DNA of 64,000 bases. Source: Christensenellales bacterium. Lineage in GTDB: Bacteria > Bacillota > Clostridia > Christensenellales > CAG-138. The position numbers and the translations under genes are program-made. Where the stretch lies: positions 9,313 to 73,312 of the forward strand of contig JBGULC010000022.1 in the NCBI GenBank assembly GCA_045114775.1, in the 5' to 3' direction. Position 1 is the first letter of the stretch. Each line of letters starts with the position of its first letter. Of the stretch, positions 43,571-53,698 are shown piece by piece. The notes beneath the pieces are model-generated. The model was not told the DNA's origin, searched no databases, and saw nothing but the letters and a program-made list of their open reading frames with translations.

Positions 43571-44451
43571 TCGCAAAATATGGGAGAGGGACATTGAACT
43601 ATATTTATATAACAAATCGGCCGGAAATCGCCGCAATCGCCCAAGGCGCGGGCGTCGATCGCATCTGCGTGGATATGGAGTATATCGGCAAGGCGCAGCG
43701 GCAGATCGGCATGAACACTGCGCTGAACCGGCATTCCTTCGGGGACGTCGCTTCGATCCGCCGCGTGATCGATCGCTCCGAACTGCTGGTTCGGGTCAAT
43801 CCGATCCACGACGCACAGGAGGATGGGTATCCGGCCTCCGAAGAGGAGATCGACCGCGTGATCGCAGCGGGCGCCGATATTGTCATGCTGCCGTACTATA
43901 AAACGGAAGCGGAGGCAAGCCGGTTTTTGGAGGCGGTCAACGAACGGGCGAAGACAATGCTTCTTTTGGAGACCGCAGAGGCGGCGGAGATGATCGACTC
44001 ACCCGGCGTCACGGATACGGCGGACGAGGTCCACTTCGGACTCAACGATCTGTCCCTGTCGTACCATGAACGCTTCTTGTTTGAGCCGATGAGCGACGGC
44101 ACGGTCGAGAAAATCTGCGAAAAGCTTCGCCGCCGCGGAAAAACCTACGGGATCGGCGGGATCGCCTCGCCCGGGCGCGGACTCGTTCCGGCGGAGATCG
44201 TACTTCGGGAACACTATCGGCTCGGCTCGACGGGCGCGATCCTTTCGAGAAGCTTCTGCAATATCCAGACGATCGGGGATCTTTCTGCCGTCGAAGAGCT
44301 CTTCTCGCGGGCGATGCGAGGGCTTCGCGCGCTGGAAGCGGAATGTGAACAACGTCTTCGGGAGCAGGGTCCCGAGGGCGATTACTTTATGAAAAACAAA
44401 GAAGCGCTTGCCCTTGCGGTGCGGCAGGTGCTTTCCGAGATGGACCGGTGA
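43567..44451 (+). CDS. HpcH/HpaI aldolase / citrate-lyase-beta-like TIM-barrel protein
   Basis: VDRICVDME, LLVRVNP, GADIVMLPYYKTEAEA, LLLETAEAAEMI, VHFGLNDLS. Start is either TTG 43567 or TTG 43594. Confidence 0.55.
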   Translation: MIAKYGRGTLNYIYITNRPEIAAIAQGAGVDRICVDMEYIGKAQRQIGMNTALNRHSFGDVASIRRVIDRSELLVRVNPIHDAQEDGYPASEEEIDRVIAAGADIVMLPYYKTEAEASRFLEAVNERAKTMLLLETAEAAEMIDSPGVTDTADEVHFGLNDLSLSYHERFLFEPMSDGTVEKICEKLRRRGKTYGIGGIASPGRGLVPAEIVLREHYRLGSTGAILSRSFCNIQTIGDLSAVEELFSRAMRGLRALEAECEQRLREQGPEGDYFMKNKEALALAVRQVLSEMDR

Positions 44452-44461
44452 GGAGAAATCG

Positions 44462-45358
44462 GTGAATATTCTGATCACAGGCGCATGGCAATATGCCGAA
44501 GAAGCCCTTCCCGCGATACGGGCTATGGGACATGAAATCGCCTTCCTGAAACGGGAAGATGACGCGCTGCCGTGCCCTGCGGCGTGGGTCGAAGGGGTCA
44601 TCGGCAATCACCTGTTTTCCTGTCATCCGATCGAGAGCTTTCCGAATCTCCGGTATGTGCAGATCACCTCTGCGGGCTTCGACCACATGCCGACGGCATA
44701 TATGCGCGCGCACGGAATCGCGTTTCGCACCGCGAAGGACGTATACAGCATCCCGATGGCAGAGTACGCCGTGGGCGGGGTGCTTTGGCTTTATAAACGG
44801 ATGCGCGCATTTGACGCGAAGCAAAGAAGCGCGGTCTGGGAAAAGGATCGCTCGCTGATGGAGCTTTACGGAAAGACCGTGCTGATCCTCGGCTGCGGAA
44901 GCGTCGGCACGGCGTGCGCCGAGCGATTCAGAGCCTTCGGCTGCCGCGTGATCGGCTTTGCGACAAAGGCGCGGGAACACAAAGCCTTTGACATGATCCG
45001 CCCGATCGGCGAACTCGACGGGATGCTGCCGCGTGCGGACGTCGCGGTCCTTGCGTTGCCTCTGACCGAAGAGACGCGCGGGATTTTGAACGCGAGACGG
45101 CTTGATCTGATGAACCGGCACGCGATCCTGGTCAATATTTCCCGCGGCGGGATCGTAGATCAGAACGCGCTGGAAGAACGGATCGACAACATCGGCGGCG
45201 CGGTTCTCGACGTATTCGAGCCGGAGCCGCTTCCAGAAAGCAGCCCGCTTTGGACACGGGAAAACGTGATCGTCACGCCGCACAGCAGCTTTGCGGGCGA
45301 CGGAAACCGGGAACGTCTGAACGGCGTGATCTTGAGAAACCTGAAAGAGATCGGATGA
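44462..45358 (+). CDS. D-isomer-specific 2-hydroxyacid dehydrogenase family, NAD-binding
   Basis: GTG after GAGGAG. GKTVLILGCGSVGTACA Rossmann motif. LVNISRGGIVD, VTPHSS catalytic His region. Confidence 0.8.
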   Translation: MNILITGAWQYAEEALPAIRAMGHEIAFLKREDDALPCPAAWVEGVIGNHLFSCHPIESFPNLRYVQITSAGFDHMPTAYMRAHGIAFRTAKDVYSIPMAEYAVGGVLWLYKRMRAFDAKQRSAVWEKDRSLMELYGKTVLILGCGSVGTACAERFRAFGCRVIGFATKAREHKAFDMIRPIGELDGMLPRADVAVLALPLTEETRGILNARRLDLMNRHAILVNISRGGIVDQNALEERIDNIGGAVLDVFEPEPLPESSPLWTRENVIVTPHSSFAGDGNRERLNGVILRNLKEIG

Positions 45359-46473
45359 AACGAGTACTTTTGATCGCAACGGTACAAAGTCATATCGGAC
45401 AGTTTCACAAACCGCTGATGAAGCTGCTGAAGGAGCGCGGTTGGGAAATCCATGTCGCCGCACGGAACAATCTCGACGAAAAAGACGGGCTGGATCTGAT
45501 CTATCCGGACGCCGTGTTTGACGTACCGTTCTCCCGTTCGCCGCTCAGCCGGAGCAATCTTACGGCTTACAAAAAGCTAAAAACCATCCTGCGGGAGAAT
45601 CGCTACGACGTTGTGCATTGCAATACGCCCGTCGGCGGCATTCTGGGAAGGCTTGCGGCAAAAAAATACAGAAAGTCGGGCACAAAGGTCTACTATACGG
45701 CGCACGGGTTTCATTTTTATCGCGGATCCTCGCGCCTGATCTGGCTTACGGCCTATCCGCTTGAAAAGCTTTTTTCGCGCTGCACGGACAAGCTGTTCAC
45801 GGTCAATGCGGAGGATGATGCGCTTGCGAAGTCGAAATTCCGCTGCCCGGTATACCGGCTGTACAGCGTCGGCGCGAACAGCGAAAAATACCGTCCTGCG
45901 GACGAACGTACGCAGACGGAGCTCAAACGGGAGCTCGGACTTTCGGGACACATTCTGCTGAACGTCGGCGAGCTGCTGCCCAACAAGAATCAGAAAACGG
46001 CGATCGCCGTTCTGAAGGAAGTATTGAAAACGCATCCGGACACAACGCTGCTGATCGCCGGAAACGGTCCCGAAAAAGACGCGCTCGAAACGTTCGCAAA
46101 ACAGGAAGGCGTGGAATCGCAAGTGTGTTTTCTCGGCTATACCACAAAGCTTGATCGGTATATGAAGGTCTGCGACGCCGAGCTCGCCCTCAGCTTTCGC
46201 GAGGGAATGCCGCTGAACGTTATCGAGGCGCTGCTTTGCGGCAAGCCGGTCGTCGCTTCGCGCAACAGAGCGCATTGCGAACTGATCGGCGACGGCGTAA
46301 ACGGATATCTGGCTGACGCGAACGACGTATGCGGGCTTGCGCAGCGGATCCGGTTGATTTTCGACGGAGAGAAGGATTATGCGGCGGACGCGATCCGTTC
46401 CGCCGAACCATACAAGGACGTGAACGTTCAAAAAGAACTGGCTGAGGCTTATTTCGACGGAGAAGCGGAATGA
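45355..46473 (+). CDS. Glycosyltransferase family 4 (GT-B)
   Basis: ATGA overlap. C-terminal EGMPLNVIEALLCGKPVVAS motif. Confidence 0.85.
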   Translation: MKRVLLIATVQSHIGQFHKPLMKLLKERGWEIHVAARNNLDEKDGLDLIYPDAVFDVPFSRSPLSRSNLTAYKKLKTILRENRYDVVHCNTPVGGILGRLAAKKYRKSGTKVYYTAHGFHFYRGSSRLIWLTAYPLEKLFSRCTDKLFTVNAEDDALAKSKFRCPVYRLYSVGANSEKYRPADERTQTELKRELGLSGHILLNVGELLPNKNQKTAIAVLKEVLKTHPDTTLLIAGNGPEKDALETFAKQEGVESQVCFLGYTTKLDRYMKVCDAELALSFREGMPLNVIEALLCGKPVVASRNRAHCELIGDGVNGYLADANDVCGLAQRIRLIFDGEKDYAADAIRSAEPYKDVNVQKELAEAYFDGEAE

Positions 46474-47288
46474 CAGAATGCCCCAAGGTGTCCGTGATCA
46501 TGGGCGTCTACAATTGCGAAAAGACGCTGCCAGAGGCGATCGAATCGATCCTGAGGCAGACGTACCCGAACTGGGAGCTGATCCTATGCGACGACGGCTC
46601 CTCGGACGGAACGTACGCAATTGCGGATTCCTATGCAAAGCGGGACCCGCAGCGGATCGTTCTGATCCGAAACGAAACGAACAAAAAGCTCGCCTATACG
46701 CTGAACCGCTGTCTTTCGGCCGCATCGGGCGAGTTGATCGCGCGTATGGACGGGGACGATATTTCGCATCCGGACCGGTTCTCACGACAGACGGAATACC
46801 TTCTTGCGCATCCGGACATACAGCTTGTCGGCACGGATATGCGCTGCTTTGACGAGACGGGCACGTACGGCATCCGGCATGCCGCCGAGCATCCGGACAA
46901 GCTGACGCTGAAAAACCGCAGTCCGTTTTTCCATGCAACCGTGATGACCTATAAGAGCGTCTACGACGCGCTCGGCGGATATTCCGTTTCCGAACGCGCC
47001 GAACGCGCGGAGGATCTGGAGCTGTGGTTCCGGTTCTTTTACGCAGGATTCCGGGGCGAGAATATCCCGGAGGCGCTGTACGACGTGCGGGAAAACAGGG
47101 AAACGCTGCAGCGCAGAACGGCGAAGGACCGGATGAACGTCGTGCGGCTGAAGGCGCAGGGATTCCGGCTTCTGGGATTTCCGAAACGCTGGATCGTGAA
47201 GCCTGCGGTTACGGCGGTGCTGAAGTCGTGCACACCCATGTTTGCGGTCAGGTTCCTTCACCGACGCCGCGGGTTCGGAGGGTCTTAA
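46470..47288 (+). CDS. Glycosyltransferase family 2
   Basis: VSVIMGVYN...LCDDGSSDGT...ARMDGDDIS. Confidence 0.85.
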   Translation: MTECPKVSVIMGVYNCEKTLPEAIESILRQTYPNWELILCDDGSSDGTYAIADSYAKRDPQRIVLIRNETNKKLAYTLNRCLSAASGELIARMDGDDISHPDRFSRQTEYLLAHPDIQLVGTDMRCFDETGTYGIRHAAEHPDKLTLKNRSPFFHATVMTYKSVYDALGGYSVSERAERAEDLELWFRFFYAGFRGENIPEALYDVRENRETLQRRTAKDRMNVVRLKAQGFRLLGFPKRWIVKPAVTAVLKSCTPMFAVRFLHRRRGFGGS

Positions 47289-47289
47289 G

Positions 47290-48369
47290 ATGTCGATCGT
47301 TTATTGGGCGGTTCTTGCGGCCACGGTCATATTCGGCGGCATGGCGGACGCGTTTCCGAAGACACGGATCGGAAGAAACGGGCGGGTTTATCTGCGCCCG
47401 GAGCCGGTTTCGGTGCTGTTGCTTGCGCTGATCCTGATATCGGTTTCCGGCTTCCGGTATCAGGTCGGCACGGATTTCATGGCATATTATCATTGGCGCG
47501 CCGAGGATTGGCGCGAGATATTCATAAGCATTATCTCGTTTCGAAACGGCGGCTTTGAACTGCTCGCAAAGCTTTGTCGTCTTGTCTTCGATCACGATCA
47601 GACGCTGATCTTTGTCTCCGCGTGCATCACGATCGGACTGTACGTGCTGACGATCTACCGGAAAAGCCCGTCGTTTCTGCTGAGCATGCTGTTCTATCTG
47701 TTCCTCGGACAATGGCAGGGCGGCTTCAACGGCATCCGGCAATATCTCGCGGCGGCGGTCCTGTTCGCCGGACACCGGCTGATCCTTGAAAAAAAGCTGT
47801 GGAAGTACCTTCTGGTCGTCGTCGCGGCGTCCATGTTCCATCTTTCGGCGGCGGTCATGATCATCCCGTATTTCCTGCTCAACCGGAAGGCGGACGTGAC
47901 ACAGCTCGTGCTGCTGGCGATCGGCGCGATCGTGATCCGGTTTTCCTATGATTTCATTTTCTCGGTCATCGGGAGCATCAAGGATAAGACGATGGACCTT
48001 GACAGAGTCTATCTCTCCGCAAGCGTCAGCATATTCCGCATCCTCGTTGCGTTTGTTCCGGTGATCCTGTACCTTGTTTTGTGCCGTAAGGACAATCTCA
48101 ACCGGGAACGGAATTTCTATATCAACGTTCTGTTCTTTCATGCGTTCTCGATGCTGGCGGGCATGGGAAGCACCTATTTCGGCAGGATCGGTATCTATAC
48201 CGGCGCGGCGGCGACCGTCGGCTACGTGCATCTGTTTCAATTGATCGAGGACGAGCGTTCCCGGAATATTACGGTCTACGCGGTGCTTATCGGTCTGTTT
48301 CTTTACTGGATCTATTCCGTCTATGCGGGAGGGATCGGCAATTTCCAGTGGATCTTCAATAACCTGTGA
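47290..48369 (+). CDS. EpsG-family polysaccharide polymerase (Wzy-like)
   Basis: About 10 TM segments. FRYQVGTDFMAYYHWR motif typical of EpsG. Confidence 0.75.
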   Translation: MSIVYWAVLAATVIFGGMADAFPKTRIGRNGRVYLRPEPVSVLLLALILISVSGFRYQVGTDFMAYYHWRAEDWREIFISIISFRNGGFELLAKLCRLVFDHDQTLIFVSACITIGLYVLTIYRKSPSFLLSMLFYLFLGQWQGGFNGIRQYLAAAVLFAGHRLILEKKLWKYLLVVVAASMFHLSAAVMIIPYFLLNRKADVTQLVLLAIGAIVIRFSYDFIFSVIGSIKDKTMDLDRVYLSASVSIFRILVAFVPVILYLVLCRKDNLNRERNFYINVLFFHAFSMLAGMGSTYFGRIGIYTGAAATVGYVHLFQLIEDERSRNITVYAVLIGLFLYWIYSVYAGGIGNFQWIFNNL

Positions 48370-48382
48370 GGTGCGTTCGGCG

Positions 48383-49384
48383 ATGACGGGACAGGAAAAA
48401 ACCAAGCTGATCTCTGTGATCATCCCGGTGTTCAACGGGGAACGGACCGTTGAACGCGCGGTGCGGTCCGTCCTTGCAAACAGGACCGACGAGATCGGAA
48501 TCGAGACGATCGTCGTGGACGACGGATCAGCGGACGCAACGCCTGAGATTCTCGATCGCCTTGCGCGGGAAACGGACATTCGTTTGATCCGTACGGAAAA
48601 CCGCGGCGCGGCGGCGGCGCGGAATGCGGGACTGAGAACGGCAAAGGGCGCATTCATCGGCTTTGTCGACAGCGACGATCGGATCGAGCCGGATATGTAC
48701 CGTAAGCTTCTCCTTGCCCTTTCGGAGCATGATGCGGATCTTGCCGGATGCGGCGTGATCCACGAAACGGAATACGGCGCAATCCCGGAGAAGGGCGACG
48801 GCGGGACCGCGGTCTTTGAAGGCGAAACGATTTACCGCGAGATCCTCGGTTCACAGGGCATGCGCGGCTATCTTTGGAACAAGCTTTTCAAGCGGGAACG
48901 GATCCGCGCGCCGCTGGACGAATCGCTGCTGCAATGCGAGGATCTTCTGTTCTGCGCGCAGAATCTGGAAGGCGTGCGGCGCGCGGCGTATCTTTCCGAA
49001 CCGCTGTACCGCTATACCAGAAAAGCGGACGGAGAGGAGCTTTCGCTCAAGCGCGGGCTTTCGCTTGCGGACGCGCAGGAAAAGCTGCTTGCGCTTTATC
49101 GGGAGAAGGCGCCCGGATCGGCGTATATTCCGGAACGGAATCTTTTAAAAACCTTCCTGTATCTTCGCGCAAAGGCAAAGCAGGAACACGAGCGGGACGA
49201 AGCGGTCCTTTCGCGGATCCGGAGCGGGATCAAGGCGCATTTTCGCCGCGTGATGCGGGAAAAGGACGTGCCCGTAAAGACAAAAGGGAACATCGTTTTC
49301 ACATATCTGTTTCCGCGCGCAAGTCTTCGGATCAAGCGAAGGATCCTGAAGAAACGCCATCAGAACGGGATATGGGAATCATAA
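48383..49384 (+). CDS. Glycosyltransferase family 2
   Basis: ISVIIPVFNGE...VVDDGSADAT...FVDSDD. Confidence 0.85.
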   Translation: MTGQEKTKLISVIIPVFNGERTVERAVRSVLANRTDEIGIETIVVDDGSADATPEILDRLARETDIRLIRTENRGAAAARNAGLRTAKGAFIGFVDSDDRIEPDMYRKLLLALSEHDADLAGCGVIHETEYGAIPEKGDGGTAVFEGETIYREILGSQGMRGYLWNKLFKRERIRAPLDESLLQCEDLLFCAQNLEGVRRAAYLSEPLYRYTRKADGEELSLKRGLSLADAQEKLLALYREKAPGSAYIPERNLLKTFLYLRAKAKQEHERDEAVLSRIRSGIKAHFRRVMREKDVPVKTKGNIVFTYLFPRASLRIKRRILKKRHQNGIWES

Positions 49385-49403
49385 AGGAGGAGCAAGGGAA
49401 ACG

Positions 49404-50537
49404 GTGAAGATCGGCACGATGACGTTTTTCGGTTCGCATAATCACGGATCCGTACTGCAGGCGTATGCGCTGCAGCAGTTCATTGTCGACCTTTTCCAAC
49501 AGCATCGCATCCCCTGCGAATACCGGATCATCGGCTTTCGCAGCGCACAACAGCAGGCGCTGTACCGTCCGCCGAAAGCGGATTCCCCCAAGAATCTTGT
49601 GAAGCGGCTGATGTATCTTCCGTACAAAAGGAAAATCGACCGGCAGCACGACAAATTCGAACGGTTTATCGCGGAGCGGCTTTTTGTGACGGAACCGTTT
49701 TCCGACCCTGCCGCTTTGCCGGAACGGGCGGCGGACTTCGACGTGCTGCTCTCCGGCAGCGATCAGGTCTGGAACGTCCGGGCAAAGGATTTCAGTTACG
49801 CGTATCTGTTCGATGGCTGCGGCGGAAAAAAGATCTCGTACGCCGCGAGTCTCGGTCCCCTGCCGATCGACCGGAGCCGGTTCGACGCGGAACGGTATGC
49901 TGCCCTGCTCAAAGATTTTGCGTCCGTCTCGGTCCGGGAAACGCAGAGCCGCGAGGCGATCGGCGCGTTTTTAGACGAGGAACGCATCGCGCTCATGCCC
50001 GATCCGGTGTTTCTGCTTTCCGCGGAAGAATGGCGGAAGCTCGAAAGCGAGCCTTATCCGGACCGCTATATCCTGTTTTACTGCCTGGAGCCTTCGAAGG
50101 CGCAGATCCGGCTTGCAAAGCGGGCGGCAAAACAGCTCGGTCTCCCGGTCGTGATCACCGGATATCGGAACAAAAACGACTGGATGAATCCGTTTGTGAA
50201 GCTTTATGACGCCGGTCCGTGCGATTTCCTGTCGCTTATCGACCGGGCGGCGCTGGTACTGACCTCGTCGTTTCACGGGACGGCGTTTTCGCTGATTTTC
50301 GGCAAGCCGTTTCTTGCGATCGACGGGATGGCGGACGCGCGCATCCGGGACCTTCTGACCCGGTTCGGCGCGGAACGGAACGGCATTGCGGCGGATGCGC
50401 GGGAGATTTCCGTGCCGCCCGTGATGAAAGACGCGGAGACGGTGATCTGCGGGGAACGGGCAAAGGCGCGGGCGTATCTCGAGGAAGCGCTCGGTCTTCG
50501 GGAACCGGATCGAAAGCAGAAGGAGGCGTCGATATGA
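49404..50537 (+). CDS. Polysaccharide pyruvyl transferase family protein
   Basis: GTG start. FFGSHNHGSVLQAYAL...LLSGSDQVWN...DPVFLL...TSSFHG pattern of the PS_pyruv_trans family. Confidence 0.75.
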   Translation: MKIGTMTFFGSHNHGSVLQAYALQQFIVDLFQQHRIPCEYRIIGFRSAQQQALYRPPKADSPKNLVKRLMYLPYKRKIDRQHDKFERFIAERLFVTEPFSDPAALPERAADFDVLLSGSDQVWNVRAKDFSYAYLFDGCGGKKISYAASLGPLPIDRSRFDAERYAALLKDFASVSVRETQSREAIGAFLDEERIALMPDPVFLLSAEEWRKLESEPYPDRYILFYCLEPSKAQIRLAKRAAKQLGLPVVITGYRNKNDWMNPFVKLYDAGPCDFLSLIDRAALVLTSSFHGTAFSLIFGKPFLAIDGMADARIRDLLTRFGAERNGIAADAREISVPPVMKDAETVICGERAKARAYLEEALGLREPDRKQKEASI

Positions 50538-51502
50538 TCAGCGTGATCGTCCCGGTCTATCGGGTGGAGGCGTATCTTGACCGGTGCGTCGAGAGCATCC
50601 GGTCGCAAACGGTCACCGATTTCGAGATCATTCTCGTCGACGACGGTTCGCCCGACCGATGCGGGGAGATCTGCGATCGCTATGCGGCGATCGACGACAG
50701 GATCAGGGTCGTTCATCAGGAGAACCTCGGGCTGTCCGGCGCGAGAAACGCAGGGCTGGAAACCGCGCGCGGCGAATACCTTTGCTTTGTCGACGGAGAC
50801 GATGAGATCGACCCCGGGATGCTGAAAAGCATGGAACATGCGATCTGTTCGGACGCATACGATCTTGCGATCTGCGGGTACCGACGGTTTGCGGGAAACG
50901 AGGCGCTCCCAAAAACGGAAACGGAAAGCAGCGGCGAGCCCCTGACCGAAAAAGCGCTGTGGGAGGAAGTATTCGGCAGACTCAGCAACGCCGCGTGGGG
51001 CAAGCTCTACCGGCGGGAACGGATCGGAGAACTGCGCTTTCCGGAAGGGATGATCCACGGCGAGGATCTGATCTTCAATCTTCAATATCTGACGCGCTGC
51101 AAAAAAGGCGTGATCCTGAACTCGCCGTATTATCATTACCGGATCCGCGAAGATTCCATCACAGGATCGGCCTTCCGCGAGAGCCGGTTCGACGAGATCA
51201 CGGCAAAGGACGCCGCGCTGAAGCTGATCGAAGCACATCGTCCGGAGCTTCTTGAGACTGCAAAGGTTTACTGCTTCCGGGCACGGATGAACGTGCTGCG
51301 CGCACTGTATGCCGGCGGCGAGGAAAAGAACTATGCCGAGAAGACGCGGGAATGCACGGCCTACGTACGGGAGCGTTATGCCGGGATCTCTCGTGGTCTC
51401 AGGCGAAAAGAGCGGATCGAGTTCCGGCTGTTCCGCGTTGCAAAGCCGCTGTATCGGCTTTTGGCCCGGCGGTACGCGATCGGAAAGGAGGCGGGGCGAT
51501 GA
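50534..51502 (+). CDS. Glycosyltransferase family 2
   Basis: ISVIVPVYRVE...LVDDGSPD...FVDGDD. ATGA overlap. Confidence 0.85.
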   Translation: MISVIVPVYRVEAYLDRCVESIRSQTVTDFEIILVDDGSPDRCGEICDRYAAIDDRIRVVHQENLGLSGARNAGLETARGEYLCFVDGDDEIDPGMLKSMEHAICSDAYDLAICGYRRFAGNEALPKTETESSGEPLTEKALWEEVFGRLSNAAWGKLYRRERIGELRFPEGMIHGEDLIFNLQYLTRCKKGVILNSPYYHYRIREDSITGSAFRESRFDEITAKDAALKLIEAHRPELLETAKVYCFRARMNVLRALYAGGEEKNYAEKTRECTAYVRERYAGISRGLRRKERIEFRLFRVAKPLYRLLARRYAIGKEAGR

Positions 51503-52473
51503 AGGAGCGCGGCAAGCTGAGCATCATTGTACCCGTCTGTAATCTGGAACAGTATCTGCCCGCCTGCATCGAGTCCGTTTTACGGCAGACCTATGCGGAT
51601 TTTGAGCTGATTCTTGTGGACGACGGATCGACCGACGGCAGCCTGGACGTCTGTCAGAAATATGCGCGGCAGGACAGCCGCATTCGAGTATTGCACAAGG
51701 AAAACGGCGGCGTGTCCTCGGCGAGAAACCTCGGACTCGAGCATGCGACCGGCGCGTATATCTCCTTTGTCGACGGCGACGATTGGATCGAGCCTGACCT
51801 GTATGAACGGCTGACGGACGATCTCGGCCGGTTCGGCGCCGGGATCGCCGCGTGCCAACTGGACCGGATTGCGCCGGACGGGACCCGCACCGTGATCGAA
51901 CGGCCGGAAGCCGCGGCTTACAGCACGGAGGACGTCGTTTCCCGCTTCTTTGAAAACGGGTTTGTCAAGGATTGTATGTACGGTCCGTACAACAAGATCT
52001 TCCGGCGGGAATGCATCGGCGATATCCGCTTCAAGCCCTATGCTTACGGAGAAGACGTCCTGTTTGTGTTCGAAACGCTTTCCGAAGCGGAGACCGTCTT
52101 TATCGACGATTTCGTCGGCTATCATTACCGGCAGCACGGCGGCTCCGCGATGAAGAGCGGATTTTCTCTGAAACGGCTGGATTACGTGAAGGCAGCGCGC
52201 GGGGTCGAGCAATGCTGTGCGCGGCAGTTTCCGCGGCATGCGGCGCTTGCGCACAGATGGGTGTACGGTCACGTGCTGGTCACGGTGCGGCAGCTCCTTC
52301 GGAACGGAATGCGCAAGTCGCAGAAGGGGTTCATCGACGAAGAGAAACGGTACCTCAGAGAGAATAAGAAGTATCTTCGGGGTCTGCCGTTCCGGTACAG
52401 GGTCATGTACGGTCAGATCATGTACTGCCCGCTTTTGATCCGCGGTTATTTTTCGGCAAAGGAGAACGCATAA
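51499..52473 (+). CDS. Glycosyltransferase family 2
   Basis: LSIIVPVCNLE...LVDDGSTDGS...FVDGDD. ATGA overlap. Confidence 0.85.
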   Translation: MKERGKLSIIVPVCNLEQYLPACIESVLRQTYADFELILVDDGSTDGSLDVCQKYARQDSRIRVLHKENGGVSSARNLGLEHATGAYISFVDGDDWIEPDLYERLTDDLGRFGAGIAACQLDRIAPDGTRTVIERPEAAAYSTEDVVSRFFENGFVKDCMYGPYNKIFRRECIGDIRFKPYAYGEDVLFVFETLSEAETVFIDDFVGYHYRQHGGSAMKSGFSLKRLDYVKAARGVEQCCARQFPRHAALAHRWVYGHVLVTVRQLLRNGMRKSQKGFIDEEKRYLRENKKYLRGLPFRYRVMYGQIMYCPLLIRGYFSAKENA

Positions 52474-52478
52474 CAGGG

Positions 52479-53669
52479 ATGCAGACGGAAAAGGCGATAC
52501 CGGCGAAAAGACAGAAAATGCTCGTTGCGGTGGATTCGCTCATGATGGGCGGCATCGCAAAGAGCCTTGCCGCGTTCGTCGCGTATTGCAGAGAAACGTG
52601 CGATATCGACGTACTGATCTGGCGCAGCTCCCTTCCGGAGGAGGTCAGGCTTCCGGACGGCGTCAACCGGATCTGTCTGCCGGGCACGGAAAGCGTTCGG
52701 ACCGCATATAAAAGCCGGGGTGTACTGAGCCGTGCATTTGCCGTATCGCTTTGCGGCGCGCTCCGAAAGAAGCGGTGGCTTGCGGTTCCGCGGATTCGCA
52801 ACGAGTACGATATCGCGATCGCATATTCGCACGTCGGCAATCTGAAGTATTATGTGATCGATCGGGTACGGGCAAAGCGGAAATACGCGTTTTACCATCA
52901 CGGGGCGTATACCTTCCCGGATTCGGTGAAACGGCTCGACGCGGAGTACTATCCCCGATACGACCGTGTCTTTGCGGTATCGGAAGCGGCGCGCACGGTT
53001 CTGCGGGAAGCGTTCCCCGCGCTTGAAAACGTCTCCGTTCTGCCGAACCTGATCGATATCGAAGGGATCCGGCAGAGTGCGAAGGCGCCGTGTCCGGAAT
53101 ACCCGGACGGCTGCGGAATCAGGCTTTTGACCGTCGGACGGCTCAGCCCGGAAAAGGACCCGCTGCGGATCATCGAGACCGCAAAGCTTCTGGACGCGCA
53201 GGACGTACCGTTTCGCTGGATCGTCGCGGGGGACGGCGAGCTTGCCGGCGCAATGAAAGAGGCGATTCAAAGGAACGGGCTCCGGGAAAAGGTGATCCCG
53301 GTCGGGAATCAGGAGAATCCGTACCGATTTATGGGAAATTGCGACTGTTACGTCCAGTTCAGCCGATACGAAGCGGATCCGCTGACGGTGAAGGAAGCGG
53401 CCGTACTCGGAAGACCGATGGCGCTGACCGACATCCCGCCGTTCAGAGACTGCAGCAGGGATCTTCGCAACGTGACGCTGTTCGGCGATGAGAAAGAAGC
53501 GGTCGAGGCGATTCGGAAGATCCGGGGCATGACGATCGAAGAAACCGATCCGCAGACGATCAACCGGAAAGCGCGCCGGGGGATCGACGCACTTTTGCAT
53601 GCAAAACCCGCAGGAAGCGGGCAGAAAGCCGGAACACCGGCGAACGCCCGGGAGGAGAATGCACGGTAA
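52479..53669 (+). CDS. Glycosyltransferase family 4 (GT-B)
   Basis: LLTVGRLSPEKD...VAGDGEL...FSRYEADPLTVKEAAVLGRP. Confidence 0.8.
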   Translation: MQTEKAIPAKRQKMLVAVDSLMMGGIAKSLAAFVAYCRETCDIDVLIWRSSLPEEVRLPDGVNRICLPGTESVRTAYKSRGVLSRAFAVSLCGALRKKRWLAVPRIRNEYDIAIAYSHVGNLKYYVIDRVRAKRKYAFYHHGAYTFPDSVKRLDAEYYPRYDRVFAVSEAARTVLREAFPALENVSVLPNLIDIEGIRQSAKAPCPEYPDGCGIRLLTVGRLSPEKDPLRIIETAKLLDAQDVPFRWIVAGDGELAGAMKEAIQRNGLREKVIPVGNQENPYRFMGNCDCYVQFSRYEADPLTVKEAAVLGRPMALTDIPPFRDCSRDLRNVTLFGDEKEAVEAIRKIRGMTIEETDPQTINRKARRGIDALLHAKPAGSGQKAGTPANAREENAR

Positions 53670-53698
53670 AAAACACAGAAACACCAGGGGTCATACAC

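Noticed and set aside
47248-48657. 469-aa minus-strand ORF
   Set aside because: Antisense to the EpsG polymerase and GT2 genes. Arg/Asp/His-rich with no SD.
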